From: Emiliania huxleyi CCMP1516
Lineage: Eukaryota
DNA length: 64,000 nucleotides
NCBI RefSeq assembly: GCF_000372725.1
Contig: NW_005201287.1
Coordinates: forward strand, 124,001-188,000
Reading direction: 5' to 3'
Shown here: positions 13,041 to 24,680 of the stretch, in pieces
Layout of the letters: each line of letters opens with the position of its first letter
Position numbering within the stretch: the first letter of the stretch is position 1
Made by a program: the position numbers and the translations under genes
Notes under the pieces: model-generated
What the model saw: the letters and a program-made list of their open reading frames with translations, nothing else
The model's database searches: none
Told to the model about the DNA's origin: nothing

Positions 13041-16000
13041 ATGCCCTCGAAGAAGCCGGCGGCGCCCAAGCCTCCCAAGGAGGCCGGCGGCGGTGCAAAG
13101 CGCGCTAGGCCGGCCGCCGCCGGCGGCGGCGGCGGCAGCAAGAAGAAGAAGGCCGCACCGGCCGGCGACGCCCTCGAGAGCGCCGCCGCGCTCGAAGAGG
13201 AGGAGACGAGGCGCGGCGCGGTCGACCCGCGGGCGGGCGGTGTGGTGGTCGTGCTGCACCCGGGCTCGACGCACCTCCGGGTCGGCCTCGCGACCTCCTC
13301 CGTCCCGCTCGTTCTGCCCAGCTGTGTCGCCTGGCGCACCACGCAGCCCGCTGGCGACGGAAACGGCGAGGCGGTGGCGGCGGCGGCGGCGGCGGCGGCG
13401 GCTACGGCAGCGGCGGTGGCATCGCTGGGAGGCGCTTCCGCGTCGGAGGACGAGGCGGCTCTCGCAGAGGCGGCGCGGCCGATTGCACGGGCGCTTCGCA
13501 TCGGGTCAACCCTCCTGGGTGGAAGGGCTGCTGCTGTGGAGGCGGGCGCGGGTGCGGAGGCGGCGTCGGCGGCGGAGGCGGCGGCAGCGGCGGAGGCGGC
13601 GGAGGCAGCGGCGGAGGCGCGCGGCGAGGGGAGGGCGGCCGGCCTCGGCGCAGGCGACGGAGGCGATGCTCGCCTCCTCGCGGGCAGTGCGCAAGACAGG
13701 TCCGAGACAGGTCCGGGACATGTGCACGGACATGTGCACAGGCGAGGGTCGCTTCCTCGTTGGCGAGGCGGCGGAGGCGGCGGCGAGGGCAGATCCTTCC
13801 GGGTGGGCGCTCTGCTACCCCTTCCGCCGTGGCGGGCTCCTCCCCGCTGCACGGGTGGAGGGTGTGAAGCGGCGTCTCTTCACAGCTCATCGCGTGAGCA
13901 GGCGGGCTCTGCCGCCGCTCCTCGCCAGGCGTGCTACGCGCGGCTGTGGTCACTGTCCAGGACACGTCCATGACATGTCCGAGACATGTCCTGCAGGCGT
14001 GCTACGCGCAGCGGTGGTCACTCTCCTCGAGTCTGCCCTCTGCGGCGGCGGCGGCGTCGCCGGCGTCGGCCTCGCGCCCAGCCAGCTGCACGGCTGCTGC
14101 GCGGTGCTCGCGCTGCCGGACGGCTTCGCGCGCTGCGATGGCTCGGCCCTGCTGCAGCTGCTGCTGGTCGAGATGGGGATGCGCGCCTGCTTGGTGGCGG
14201 AGGAGGCCCGCCCCTCGCTTGCCTCGCCCTCGGGTCTCTGATGACCCTCATCGTCACTGTCGTCGTCTCTCACCGTTGTGTCAGGCCACCCTAGCCTGCC
14301 TCGCGCTCGGCCTCTCCTCCGCTTGCGTCGTCCGGCTGGGCGCGTCGCGCGGCGCCGTCGTCTGCGTCGATGAGCTGATCCCGATGCGCCCGGCTGCTCG
14401 ACGCGGGGCTGCAGGTCCTTGTTTTGTTCCACGATTGCGCCCCTCTCTCCCTTTCTAGGCCCGGGTGCTCGACGCGGCTGCAGTACGGCGGCGACGACGC
14501 TGACGCGCTGCTCGCTGCGCTGCTGCGGCGGCACGGCCTGCACGACCGCCTCGCCGAGCTAGCGGCGGAGGCGGAGGCGGAGGCGGGGGGGGCAGGAGGA
14601 GGCGGGGCGGGAGGAGGCGGAGGCGGCGGAGGAGGAGGAGGTGGTGGTGGAGGAGGCGGAGGAGGCGGCCGAGCTACGTGCCGAGCTACGTGGGAGGAGG
14701 AGGAGGAGAGAGGGTCGGTCGGAGGCGGCAGGCGCGGCGGCGGCGGCGACAGTGGCGGCGGCGACAGTGGCCACGCGCGGCTACGCGAGGCGCGGCCGGT
14801 CGAGGGGGAGGGCAGCTTCTTGCTGCAGGCCCGTCCGGTTGCACTGCCGCTGTCTAGCTGATAGGCGAAGGTGGTGAGAGAGGGGTGCTGCCACCTCCGC
14901 TTCGAGGCGGCACACGCGCCAAACAGCGCCGTCCTCGCCCTCGCCGACCTCGCGCCGCCCGGCCGCCGCCTTCCTTCGCCGCGCGACGCCGCGGCCCTCG
15001 TCCAGCTAGGCTCGCTCCGGCCGCGCGCCCCCCTCTTCCTCCCCCTGTCTTCGCTCTCCCCCTCCCCCTCCCCTCCCTCCCCCTCCCCTCCCTCCCTTCC
15101 CCTCCCCTCCCCTCCCTCCCTCCCCTCTCCCTCTCTCTCCCGCCCTCCGCGACGCCGCGTCTTCCTCCCTCCACCCCCCCCTCCCCCCTCCCCTCCCCTC
15201 CTCCTCGACGCAGGCTCGCTCGCGTGTCTGCCGCCCCTCCTCTTCTTCGCCCCCGCCGCCACGCGCGCGCTGCAGGCGGCGAGGCGCGCCGCGACCGCCT
15301 CCGCCGGCTGGCTTGTCGGCAGGGCGGCGGAGGGGGGCGGCGAGGTTGGCCGCGCGAACGGCGGCCGAGACGCGGCGCGCCCCCCCTCCCCGCCCCCAGA
15401 CACAGAGGTGGGTGCGACACGGCTCCGCTCTTCTTGTTGCCGAGTCACCGCTCGTCGTTTTGGGACAGGCCCCCCCAGACCAAGAGGACGTGTGGGACGA
15501 TGCGTATTTGGTCGAGTCCGCAGCGCCGATGCGGGCGCCGCCTGGCTTCCGGCAGCAGCAGATGGCTGCGGCTGCGGCGGCGGCCGCGGCCGCGGCCGAG
15601 GCGGGGGGGGATAACAGCGCGGCGGCGGCGGCGGCGGCGGCGGCGGCCCTGACGGCGCCGCCTCCGTTCGCTGTCGATGACGCCGACGCGGGCGGGCGCG
15701 AGGCGGGATCTCCGGCGGACAAGCCGTTCGAGCGGCGGAGCGGAAGCAAGCGCGAGGAGCCGATCATGGCGCAGAACTTTGAGCCCGAGATGACTCTGCT
15801 CGGGGCGCGCCACCAGAGCGGCACCGCGGCGGAGGAGGAGCTGGGGTACGCGCCGCTCGACGAGGTGATCGTGCGGATGGTGGAGCGAGGCAAGTCCTCG
15901 GAGGTGAAGCGGCGGCTCTACGGCGCCGTCGTGCGCGCTCGGCGGCGCCACCTCCACACCCTTTTGGTTCACGGTTGGGCAGCCGGCTTGCTTAGGCGCC

Positions 16001-16279
16001 ATCGTGCTGCTCGGCGGCACAACGCGCACTCGCGGATTCAAGGAGTACCTCGAGTGGCGCCTCTCGAGCTGCTGGCAGCTCGCGCCCGAGTCGACCGAGG
16101 GGATCGAGCGGGTCGCCGTGGCGCCGCTGCCGGACGGCATCGAGCCCGACACGGCCGTCTGGCGGGGCGGCGCCAACCTGTCGTACCTCGAGGCGGCGCG
16201 CGGGATGTGGGTGCTGCAGGCCGATTGGCTGCGCAAGGGGCCGATGGCGGCGAGGGCCGCCGCGGGTTTTGCGTGGTGA
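13041..16279 (+). CDS. ARP8: Actin-related protein 8-like (INO80 complex), multi-exon
   Basis: VVVLHPGSTHLRVGLA...P..LPSCVAWR (ARP8-type N-terminal motif), AVVCVDE, RLQYGG, APLDEVIVRMV...VKRRLYGA-IVLLGG...GFKEYLEWRL, WRGGA...MWV...DW actin-fold C-terminus. Confidence 0.75.
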
Positions 16280-16767
16280 AGCGGCGGGGACGGCGGGGTG
16301 CGCCGCCCGCGCTGCGTGGCCGCCTCCCAGCAGAGGCCTCCTCCCAGCAGAGGCGCTTTTCCAGTTTTCCAGTCCACCACATCCTCCGGCCACCCCGGTT
16401 CCCCTCTCGTGTCCGTCGACTCTGCGAGCGCGGCAGCAGCGGGGGGGGGGACGCAGTTGCTTGGATCATGGATGCTTGGTGCAGATGGAAGCCGTTGATG
16501 AGGCTTGCAGGGAAAGATACAAACAAACAGGCCCTGTTTGCGCCCCCCTCTATTTACATGCAAGCCTCATCGATGTCACGAAGACGAGAGGCCCTCTCTA
16601 TAGGCTCTACGAGCCGCTCTACGGGTAGAGAGAAAGTAAGGGGAGTCTCTCTGTATACTGTAACCCACCGCCTCCTCGCTCGCCGGGGGAGAGCGTGGCC
16701 GGCGGCGGGGAGGCAGGCGTAGAGGAGCATCTAGTGTCGACTCTTTTCGTGACGGCTATGGCAAGCG

Positions 16768-17466
16768 CTAGGGTGCTGCCTGGGCGGACACGGCGATCGG
16801 CGCGGGGGCGAACAGCGGAAAGTCGAAAATGAGCTGCTGCGCCGGAGTGGCCGATGCGAGGAAGCCGGCAGGGTTCCACTCCCCCGGTTTGCCCCAGTTG
16901 CCGACACGGATCGGTGCGTTGCTGCCAGGCCCATCGCCGACGACGGTGAATTTCTGTCCTGCTTGGCAGTACTCTGAGGGCGCGCCACCATAGAAGCGGA
17001 CCGTGGATCCAGCAAAGGGTGAACCCTCGGCAATCACGAGGGCGGGGGTGCCGAACGTGCGAGTGACGGACTCGTCGCCGGAGATTGAGTTTGACGGATC
17101 GTCCAGGGGGAGCTCCTCAGCAGCTGAGAAGTCACACGACACAAAGGCGGCTTGGGATTTGAACTCCCACACGCTGAAGGGGCCCCACGCGGGTGGCGGT
17201 GGCAAGGGCGGCGCCGACGGAGGTGGCGGCGAGGGCGACGCCGATGGGGGCGGTGGCGTTGGCAGCGCCGACGGAGGTGGCGGCGAGGGCGACGCCGATG
17301 GGGGCGGTGGCGTTGGCAGCGCCGACGGAGGTGGCGGCGAGGGCGACGCCGAGGGCGGTGGCGTTGGCAAAGCCGATGGCGGCGGCGTTGGCGACGGCGT
17401 TGGAGACGGGTCGACTGGCGTCGACGAAAAGCCGATGACCGTGCACAGCAGGCTCAGCAATACCAT
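16768..17466 (-). CDS. Secreted Pro/Ser-rich protein with a phytocyanin-like domain, copy 1
   Basis: Signal peptide MVLLSLLCTVIGFS, (PPPSA) repeats, SVWEF...SCDFS...YCQAGQKFTV. Confidence 0.65.
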   Translation of the reverse strand: MVLLSLLCTVIGFSSTPVDPSPTPSPTPPPSALPTPPPSASPSPPPPSALPTPPPPSASPSPPPPSALPTPPPPSASPSPPPPSAPPLPPPPAWGPFSVWEFKSQAAFVSCDFSAAEELPLDDPSNSISGDESVTRTFGTPALVIAEGSPFAGSTVRFYGGAPSEYCQAGQKFTVVGDGPGSNAPIRVGNWGKPGEWNPAGFLASATPAQQLIFDFPLFAPAPIAVSAQAAP

Positions 17467-18284
17467 GCTTAGCGGCTGTACCTGCGAGCGGGAGTAGGCA
17501 GGCGGTGCGAGGCCGAGGGGGGTGCAGCCGCTCGCGCCGCGAGCAAAGGCGCATCGCATGGTAGGGGTGGTGAGGGGGCGGCGGGTTCCGTGAGCAATAG
17601 GCGTCGCGGGGGTCTAGGTGTGCAGCTCGCGGCGGCATAGTCGGGCGCAATGCGGCGCGGCAAGCGCGAGCGGACGAGGAAAGTGCATGGTATGCCTCGT
17701 GTGGATGTCAGGCAAAGGCCGTCGGGGGAAGGTGGGGTACTATTTTCAATCAAAAAGAGCGCCTTCATCACTACTCTATCGAGGTCTCGCGGAGGCAATT
17801 TTTCGTTTTTCACCGACGTGGTTCCATCAATCACGCCTGGTTTAGCCCAGGCTTGATGTCTGTTCTGCCTCTGTGCAGTTGGGAGTTGCCCGAGCTGCAC
17901 TGACTGGGCCTCCATTCGCGTCCTGATTGCTCTCTGGCGTGAGATTCGAGATAATACTGTAATGTGCGTTGTGAGGAGAGTTTGAGAGAACCAGGCACAA
18001 TACCCAAGAGCCAAGAGGAGGGTTCCAAGCGAACCAGTTTAGACCAGTTTAGACCACTGCTAAACACGAACCAGATTAGTCCTGTTTACGATAAACTGGG
18101 TCTAAACCTGGTATGGCTAATGGGGTTCCTCCCCCCCTCCCCCCCGCGTAGCGCGCACCTCCCTCCCCCCCGCCTAGCTCCCCCGGTCTCGGGCACCGCA
18201 CCCGTGCTGCCACAAAGCACAATGTGCTGCCACAAAAGAGGAGCATCTAAGTGTCGACTCTTTTCGTGACGGCTATGGCAAGCG

Positions 18285-18926
18285 CTAGGGTGCTGCCTCG
18301 GCGGACACGGCGATCGGCGCGGGGGCGAACAGCGGAAAGTCGAAAATGATCTGCTGGTCCCGAGTGGCCGATGCGAGGAAGCCGGCTGGGTTCCACTCCC
18401 CCGGTTTGCCCCAGTTGCCGATACGGATCGGTGCGTTGCTGCCAGGCCCATCGCCGACGACGGTGAATTTCTGTCCTGCTTGGCAGTACTCTGAGGGCGC
18501 GCCACCATAGAAGCGGACCGAGAATCCAGCAAAGGCACCCTCGGCAATCACGAGGGCGGGGGTGCCGAACGTGCGAGTGACGGACTCGTCGCCGGAGATT
18601 GAGTTTGACGGATCGTCCAGGGGGAGCTCCTCAGCAGCTGAGAAGTCACACGACACAAAGGCGGCTTGGGATTTGAACTCCCACACGCTGAAGGGGCCCC
18701 ACGCGGGTGGCGGTGGCAAGGGCGGCGCCGACGGAGGTGGGGGCGAGGGCGACGCCGATGGGGGCGGTGGCGTTGGCAGCGCCGACGGAGGTGGCGGCGA
18801 GGGCGACGCCGAGGGCGGTGGCGTTGGCAAAGCCGATGGCGGCGGCGTTGGCGACGGCGTTGGAGACGGGTCGACTGGCGTCGACGAAAAGCCGATGACT
18901 GTGCACAGCAGGCTCAGCATTGCCAT
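18285..18926 (-). CDS. Secreted Pro/Ser-rich protein with a phytocyanin-like domain, copy 2
   Basis: Near-identical to 16768-17466, with fewer Pro-rich units and a few substitutions/indels. Confidence 0.65.
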   Translation of the reverse strand: MAMLSLLCTVIGFSSTPVDPSPTPSPTPPPSALPTPPPSASPSPPPPSALPTPPPPSASPSPPPPSAPPLPPPPAWGPFSVWEFKSQAAFVSCDFSAAEELPLDDPSNSISGDESVTRTFGTPALVIAEGAFAGFSVRFYGGAPSEYCQAGQKFTVVGDGPGSNAPIRIGNWGKPGEWNPAGFLASATRDQQIIFDFPLFAPAPIAVSAEAAP

Positions 18927-19234
18927 GCTTCTGCTCAGTGTTCAGTTTGAGGTGCCTTCAACGTGCATCAGACACTTTGCGGCGGTTGGTTGGTCCGGGT
19001 TTTCTTATTTGAGTATTTGTATGTTGTTCACATAAACGCACAACCCCGGGCCCGAAATCGCAGAGAGACACGTTCTTCACACGGTGCGGCGGCAGTAGCC
19101 ATTCAGTAGGGTTATTTAGGTGTAGGCGCAGTCGCGGCGCCAGGCAGGCGCCGCTGTGGTTGCCGCAGCGGGAAATTAGCGCCAAGCGGAGCGGCTCGAG
19201 GTTTTGTTTGCCACTGACTGACTGAGTTTGCCGT

Positions 19235-19342
19235 CTGAGCACTTGAGCACTGGATTGGGTCGATTCCGCATAGTACGGGACCCCTCGCCCTCCCTCGCTG
19301 GAGTGTGCTCACTGGGGGGGGGGGGGGTCACAACAAACACGG
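19235..19342. repeat. Dispersed repeat family B (inverted copy at ~24730-24842)
   Basis: TGAGCACTTGAGCACTGGATTGGGTCGATTCCGCATAGTACGGGACCCCTCG...GGGGGTCACAACAAACACG is a near reverse complement of 24730-24842. Confidence 0.8.
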
Positions 19343-19812
19343 TATAGGAGCGAGGTGCACGCTGCTGAAGCAGTGTCGTCCCCTCTCTCCACCATCTCAC
19401 TGGGAGATGTCGGCGGTGATGGCGGTGTGACCGATCGAGCTACAAAGAGGAACTTGCCGTCTCAGTGAGCTAACGAACTCGCTATTGCTGTCTTCGCCGC
19501 CGATCGCGAGCAGGGCGCGGCTCTGTAAGAATCGGTACCACCTTCGTATAAAGGTAAATTTCTCCAGCCGCTGAGTGCTAGATAGATGCTAGTACTTGTA
19601 CTAACTAGCCCCATTCATTTCGGTCTTGGTGCGCTGGGCGCAGGCGGTTATTAGTCGTTAGATGCATCGCGCAATGGTGTCGCTCCCCAACCCGCGCTGC
19701 TCCTACTGCCTCTCCAGTTCGGCGGGCGCATCACGATTAACGGCCACCCATTATTACGGTCGCCCGCGCGCGACGTCCCCCAATTCGTTGCGCGGATCCC
19801 GTGCACATGTGT

Positions 19813-21642
19813 ATGGAAGGCGACCGCGGATCCGCGCCGTTCGTCCGCCGCTCCCGCTCCGCGACAGTGGACGCGCTCGACGTACTGGGCCGAACACTGT
19901 CCTTCAACGACAGCTCGACGAGCTTGCACAGCCTTGCGGATGGCACACGCAGCAGCGGCGGGGCATCACGCTCGCCCAGCCTGCTCAGCTCCAGCAGCTT
20001 CGGCGGAGCATCACCCCTCCCGGCGCTTGTGAGCGCGGGCTCTCGCAACCCTTCCTTCCTGCGCCTGGAGCCAGCGTCGCCGCTGCGGGCGAGCAGCTCA
20101 CTATACACGGGCGGCACGGCGGACTCCACCCCCAGCCTGCTCAGCCTCGACAGGCCCGCCGAACGCACTGTACTCGGCGTGAGGCTGTCAGACAGGCCGC
20201 TGCTGTCGGACGAGAGCAAGGCGCCCGAGGCGACAGCTCAATCTGCGTCGGACGCGCATGGATCGGACGTGGCCCCGCTGATGACGCCGGCCGTGGTCGC
20301 TGCTCTCTCTCTCGCGCAGATGGCGCACTTCTACTCGATGTGCTCCATCTTTGCGTACGCCGGCTTCCTCGCCGCCGACAGCGGATGGGTCGACTCGGAG
20401 GACAGCGCCGGGTACGTTGCCGGCCTCCTCGCCACGATGCTTCCGCTCGGCCGGCTCCCCACCTCGGTCCTGTGGGGGCAATACGCCGACCGCGCTGGAC
20501 GGAGGCCGGCCCTGATCGGCTCCATGCTCGGAATCGCCTTTGGAAACTTGGTCTTTGGCTTCACTACCTCGCTCTGGGGCGCGCTGGCCGTGCGATTTGT
20601 CCTCCTCGGGGGCTGCAATGGTTGGAATAGCGTGCTCGGCCCTCTCTGCGCCGAGGTGGGTGGGCCTCGCTCCTCGCGGCTGCTTGGCTTTGTCTTTGGC
20701 GCTGGAGGCGTAATCAACCTGCTCGGGCCGGCCATCGGAGGCGCCACCTATGGGCTGCTAGCAGGCTACCCCGCTCTCCTGCCTTCGCTCATCGGCGCCG
20801 CGCTTGGCGCCGCCGCGGCCCTCGCGGCGTGGGCGCTCGTGCCGGAGACACTGCCGCCGCTGCCGCCCAAGGCCGACGGTGGGATCGGCGCCGGCGAGCG
20901 GTGGCAGCGGTTCGACTCCAGCGATGAAAGCGCGGGTGATGGCGGCGACAGAAGCGAGGGTGCGCTGCTGCGGGCCGCGCTGCGGTCGCCGCCGCTGCCT
21001 GCCATCGTGTGGCTGCGCACGGGGATCGGACTCGCGGCCTTTGCCTCGTACGACGTGGTGCCGCTCTGGGCCATCGCATCGGCGCGGGCGGGCGGGCTGG
21101 CGCTGGAGGGAGGGCAGCTGGGGGCCCTGCTCTCCTGCGCAGCTGGTGTGCAGCTGCTGTGGACCACGCTGCTGATGGGCAGAGTCTTCGAGCGGGTGGG
21201 CGTCTGGGGCTCCTTCATCGGCGCGTGCACCGTCGGCGCCGCCGCGATAGTCAGCCTACCGATCGCGCACGCAGCGGGAGCTCCGCTCGCCGCCATCTCC
21301 GTCCTGATCGCCGCCCAATCCGCCGCCCTCAACACGGGCTGCACCGCCTCCGTCGCGCACACCAACAACGCCTGCTGCGCCTATCCCGCACTCTCGGGCG
21401 CAATCAACGGCGTCGTGGTGACTGTCGAGTCTGTCGCCAAGGCGGCCGGCCCCTCGATTGGAGCGCCCCTGTTTGCGTTTGCCATCAACGCGCGCCCCGC
21501 CGCGGCGGAGCCCCCGAGCGGCGCGCTCCTCGCCTTTGGCGGCCTCGCGGCGTTCGTGCTGCTGCACGCGGCAGGCGCCGCGCTCGCGTTGCCGCGTGGG
21601 ATCGACGAGCCGCTGGCGCCCGCCTTCAGTCGGTTGAGCTGA
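19813..21642 (+). CDS. Major facilitator superfamily transporter (ZIFL/DHA1-like), intronless
   Basis: WGQYADRAGRRPALIGS (MFS motif A), RFVLLGG, LLGPAIGG, VPETL; about 12 hydrophobic segments. Confidence 0.88.
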   Translation: MEGDRGSAPFVRRSRSATVDALDVLGRTLSFNDSSTSLHSLADGTRSSGGASRSPSLLSSSSFGGASPLPALVSAGSRNPSFLRLEPASPLRASSSLYTGGTADSTPSLLSLDRPAERTVLGVRLSDRPLLSDESKAPEATAQSASDAHGSDVAPLMTPAVVAALSLAQMAHFYSMCSIFAYAGFLAADSGWVDSEDSAGYVAGLLATMLPLGRLPTSVLWGQYADRAGRRPALIGSMLGIAFGNLVFGFTTSLWGALAVRFVLLGGCNGWNSVLGPLCAEVGGPRSSRLLGFVFGAGGVINLLGPAIGGATYGLLAGYPALLPSLIGAALGAAAALAAWALVPETLPPLPPKADGGIGAGERWQRFDSSDESAGDGGDRSEGALLRAALRSPPLPAIVWLRTGIGLAAFASYDVVPLWAIASARAGGLALEGGQLGALLSCAAGVQLLWTTLLMGRVFERVGVWGSFIGACTVGAAAIVSLPIAHAAGAPLAAISVLIAAQSAALNTGCTASVAHTNNACCAYPALSGAINGVVVTVESVAKAAGPSIGAPLFAFAINARPAAAEPPSGALLAFGGLAAFVLLHAAGAALALPRGIDEPLAPAFSRLS

Positions 21643-21796
21643 CGGACATGCATACCACACGAGTCTTGTCGATTCTCGATCCGATAGAGCCGTAGGAATG
21701 TGTGTGCTCTATCTGTGCATGTCGCATGTGGTACACTGGACTTTTTTCTCGTGGGCACGATCGTGGATCGAGTCTCTGCACGCGCGGCGCGAACGA

Positions 21797-22549
21797 GGCC
21801 GAGCGTTTTTGATCTCTCGGTAAGTGGGCGCCCGCCCGCCGCCTCTGAGGGGGTCGGGCCCCCTAGACTGAAAACAAAAACAAAGTGTAGAAACCGTCAA
21901 AAACAGCCTGCGAGAGCGGCGCTGCGCGCCGCCTAGTCCCTAGAGGACGACGACATCGAGGATGTCATGTTGCGCGATGGCGTCATCCATTTCGTCAAGC
22001 CACCTTCATCGTGACCGTCGCCACCCTCGCCACCGTCTCGCCTACGTCGCCGCCGTCGCCATCGTCGGCCTCGCTGCCGAGACGGTGCTGCTGCACGACT
22101 CAACTCTCCCACCCCCCTGGCTCCTATGCCGACGTGTCCCGTGCTCCCCCGTCCGCCGATGTCTCTGCTGCCGCCCGGCGGAGCTCTGCAGCGCGGGCTC
22201 TCCTCGCCGCCTTCGCTGCCGCTGCATCGCTGTCGGCTCGTCATGTCTGTCTAGGGTCATTGGGGGCGTGCCATCGCTCGTCTCTCTCTCTCCCGGGGTC
22301 AGCTCCAAGCTGCCGTGTCGGGACGTCGCCCCCTCGGCTCCCCCCCCCACCCCCCTCCGCTGAACGGTACTGCACATGCTGCGCGTTCTCGCCTTGTGCT
22401 TGTCCCAGGAGCCAGGTGCGTGTGTCTAATCGTAGTGGGGGCCCTGGCCCCCCTCTGTTTTCTGTTTTCTGTTTTTCAACACGCCCGCCCGCCCGCCACC
22501 CCGAGGCGGCTCGGCCCCCCACTTACCGAGAGATCAAAAACGCTCGGCC
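21797..22549. mobile_element. Non-autonomous TIR DNA transposon (MITE-like)
   Basis: 32-bp perfect inverted repeats GGCCGAGCGTTTTTGATCTCTCGGTAAGTGGG (21797-21828 / 22518-22549). Flanks CGAACGA and CGATCGA resemble a target-site duplication. Confidence 0.75.
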
Positions 22550-22593
22550 CGATCGAATTCGAAAGGAAACGCGAGAAGAGAAGTAAGCGCACA

Positions 22594-23496
22594 TTAGTCG
22601 TCAGGGCGCGCCTCGTTGACATTGTCGCTCGGCCCGCCGGACCGTCCGTCCCTCTCCTCCCACCAGGGTGGCGGCAGCTGTCGCCGACCCATCACGTCGC
22701 CCGCCCAGCGCTGGTTGACTGACGGGCGGTACTTGAAGTAGTCGACGGGCGTGGGCGCTTGCGGCTGCTGCGGCTGCTGCCGCGGGCGTCGTGGCGGCGG
22801 CGGCGGAGGAGAGGAGAGCGAGGAAGGGACCTGCGGCGGAGGCGGGGGCGGAGGCGGAGGCGGAGGCGGAGGCGGAGGCGGAGGCGGCGGCAGCGGCAGC
22901 GGCAGCGGTGGCGGTGGCGGCGCCGCCTCCTCCAACGCGCTGCCGGCGCCGGCTGCGTCGGGATCTCCCCAGCCGACGGTGACGCACGCGACTGCGACCG
23001 TCATGTGCGCCTCGGCAGGCTCCTCCGCCAGCAAGCCCGCGCGGCTGCTGGCCCGCAGGCCGCCCTGCTCGACGTCGACGCGCACGAGCGTACCGTACGG
23101 GAAGCAGGCCGCGACAGCATCCAGGTCGACCGCCTCTGGTTCAGGCACCGCGAGCTGCACGTGCAGCCGCATCGCCTCGTACGAGCCCGGGATGATGGTG
23201 CGCACCTGTGCTACCGTCACTGAGTCAGAGTCGCCTCCGGATCTCCTCAACGATCCTCTCTCCTAGCCCAGCACCTTGACGCTGTTCCACTCGATGGCGC
23301 TGTTGCACGCTCGCACCGCAGCCTTGGTGCCGTTACCGCCGTGGCAGCATCCGGAGCCAAGCTCGACGAGCGCGACGTGCGTCAGCCCTTTGCTCGTGGC
23401 CTGTGCGACCGGCGGGCGGCTGCGGTGTGGTGCCACGGCACGGAGCACGACGGCGCTGCTTGTCGAGAAGAGGAGATGCAGCAAAAGGTGCGGCAT
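22594..23496 (-). CDS. Lin0512-family protein with an N-terminal targeting peptide (exons 23496-23275, 23205-22594)
   Basis: VELGSG..HGGNGTKAAVRACNSAIEWNS|V...MRLHVQLAVPEPEAVDLDAVAACFPYG...VEQGGL...VAVACVTVGW matches the Lin0512 pattern. Proline-rich tail. Confidence 0.8.
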
Positions 23497-24299
23497 ATGC
23501 TGCGAGCCTTGGAGAGTGGCGACTGCTTGACGACCGAGAGAGCGATCCCGCAGGGTCGCGTGCTCCCGTGCCGGTGGGGGGACCCACCTCCAGCGGGGGC
23601 TGTCACGGCTGTGCCAGTCCGCGGTCGAGCCTGCGCCCTGTCGTGCCAGTGCTGTGAGAGAGGCTTGTAAGATATTTTATAAGAAGTGGCCCCGCGAGCT
23701 GGGAAGAGGACCGCCGCAAGCGGCGTGGCGTGGAGCGGTTGAGCGTCCCTCCGGGGGCCCCTCTCTCTCTCTGCGCCGGGGAGGCGTTGTTGGAGGCTAG
23801 GACGCAAGCGTCCGTCGCCTTTTTCAAACTCGGGGCCCACTCCGCTACGCTCCGACCCGAATGTGGAGGGCCATGAAATTTAAGGTGTTGCTGCGCAAAA
23901 GGGGGGCACCGCTCGACATTGGGCTCAACAAGGAAAACAGAGGGTCCCCAGCACTTTGCGTTTCCGGAAATTTCCAGGGAAAACAGAGGGTGTTTGGTGC
24001 TCCATTCTGGAAACTCGCGAGTTTCCCTGAGTCTGAGAGCTGGTCTGGGGCAAAATCTGAGGCAAAATTGAGGAAATCGACAAAATACCCAGGCGGGTTG
24101 CAGGGTAATTTCCAGGTATACACGGGTTCTCCGCGAAATTCCCGGCATTTTGCCTATTTGGCCTAAAATTTGGCTGATTTGGGTTGCAGCAGCAATTCGG
24201 CTGGCAGTACTTTTATCCGCCTCAGTTGCAGCCTCTCAAAAGTTCTCAAGTTGCGGCTCAGTTGCACCCCTGTTGATGTAGCAAACATGGCAGGACTCA

Positions 24300-24680
24300 G
24301 GTAGCCCTCAGGTGCTGCACAGCACCTTGTACAGTGGCAATGAATCCTCACACCAGTGAGCTTGTGCCATGAGTGCAGACCTGTGGTCCATTGCGCTTTG
24401 TGCACTGGCGACGCTCGGCTGCAACGGCGACGCTGCAGCGGCGGCGACGCTGCTGCGATGGGGTACTGTAGCCCTTAGCTGCTGGACAGCACCTTGTGCA
24501 GTGGCAATGTCCACTGACTCATGGCACCAGCCTTGTGAAAGGAGCGCTGTGGTCAGTTGCGCTTTGTGCGCCGGTGGCGCTGCAGGGGCGACGACGCTGC
24601 AGCGGCGACGCTGCTGCGGTGCTGCGCCTGCACAGCACCTTTGTGCACAGTGGCAATGACTCCCGGCACTTGATGTCCTC
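24300..24680. repeat. Degenerate tandem repeat, ~150-170 bp unit, 2-3 copies
   Basis: ACAGCACCTTGT(A/G)CAGTGGCAATG recurs at ~24319, ~24486 and ~24632. Confidence 0.7.

Noticed and set aside
19250..19275. B-box-like GGGTCGATTCC suggesting a tRNA or SINE
   Set aside because: No cloverleaf or convincing A box; kept only as a dispersed repeat.
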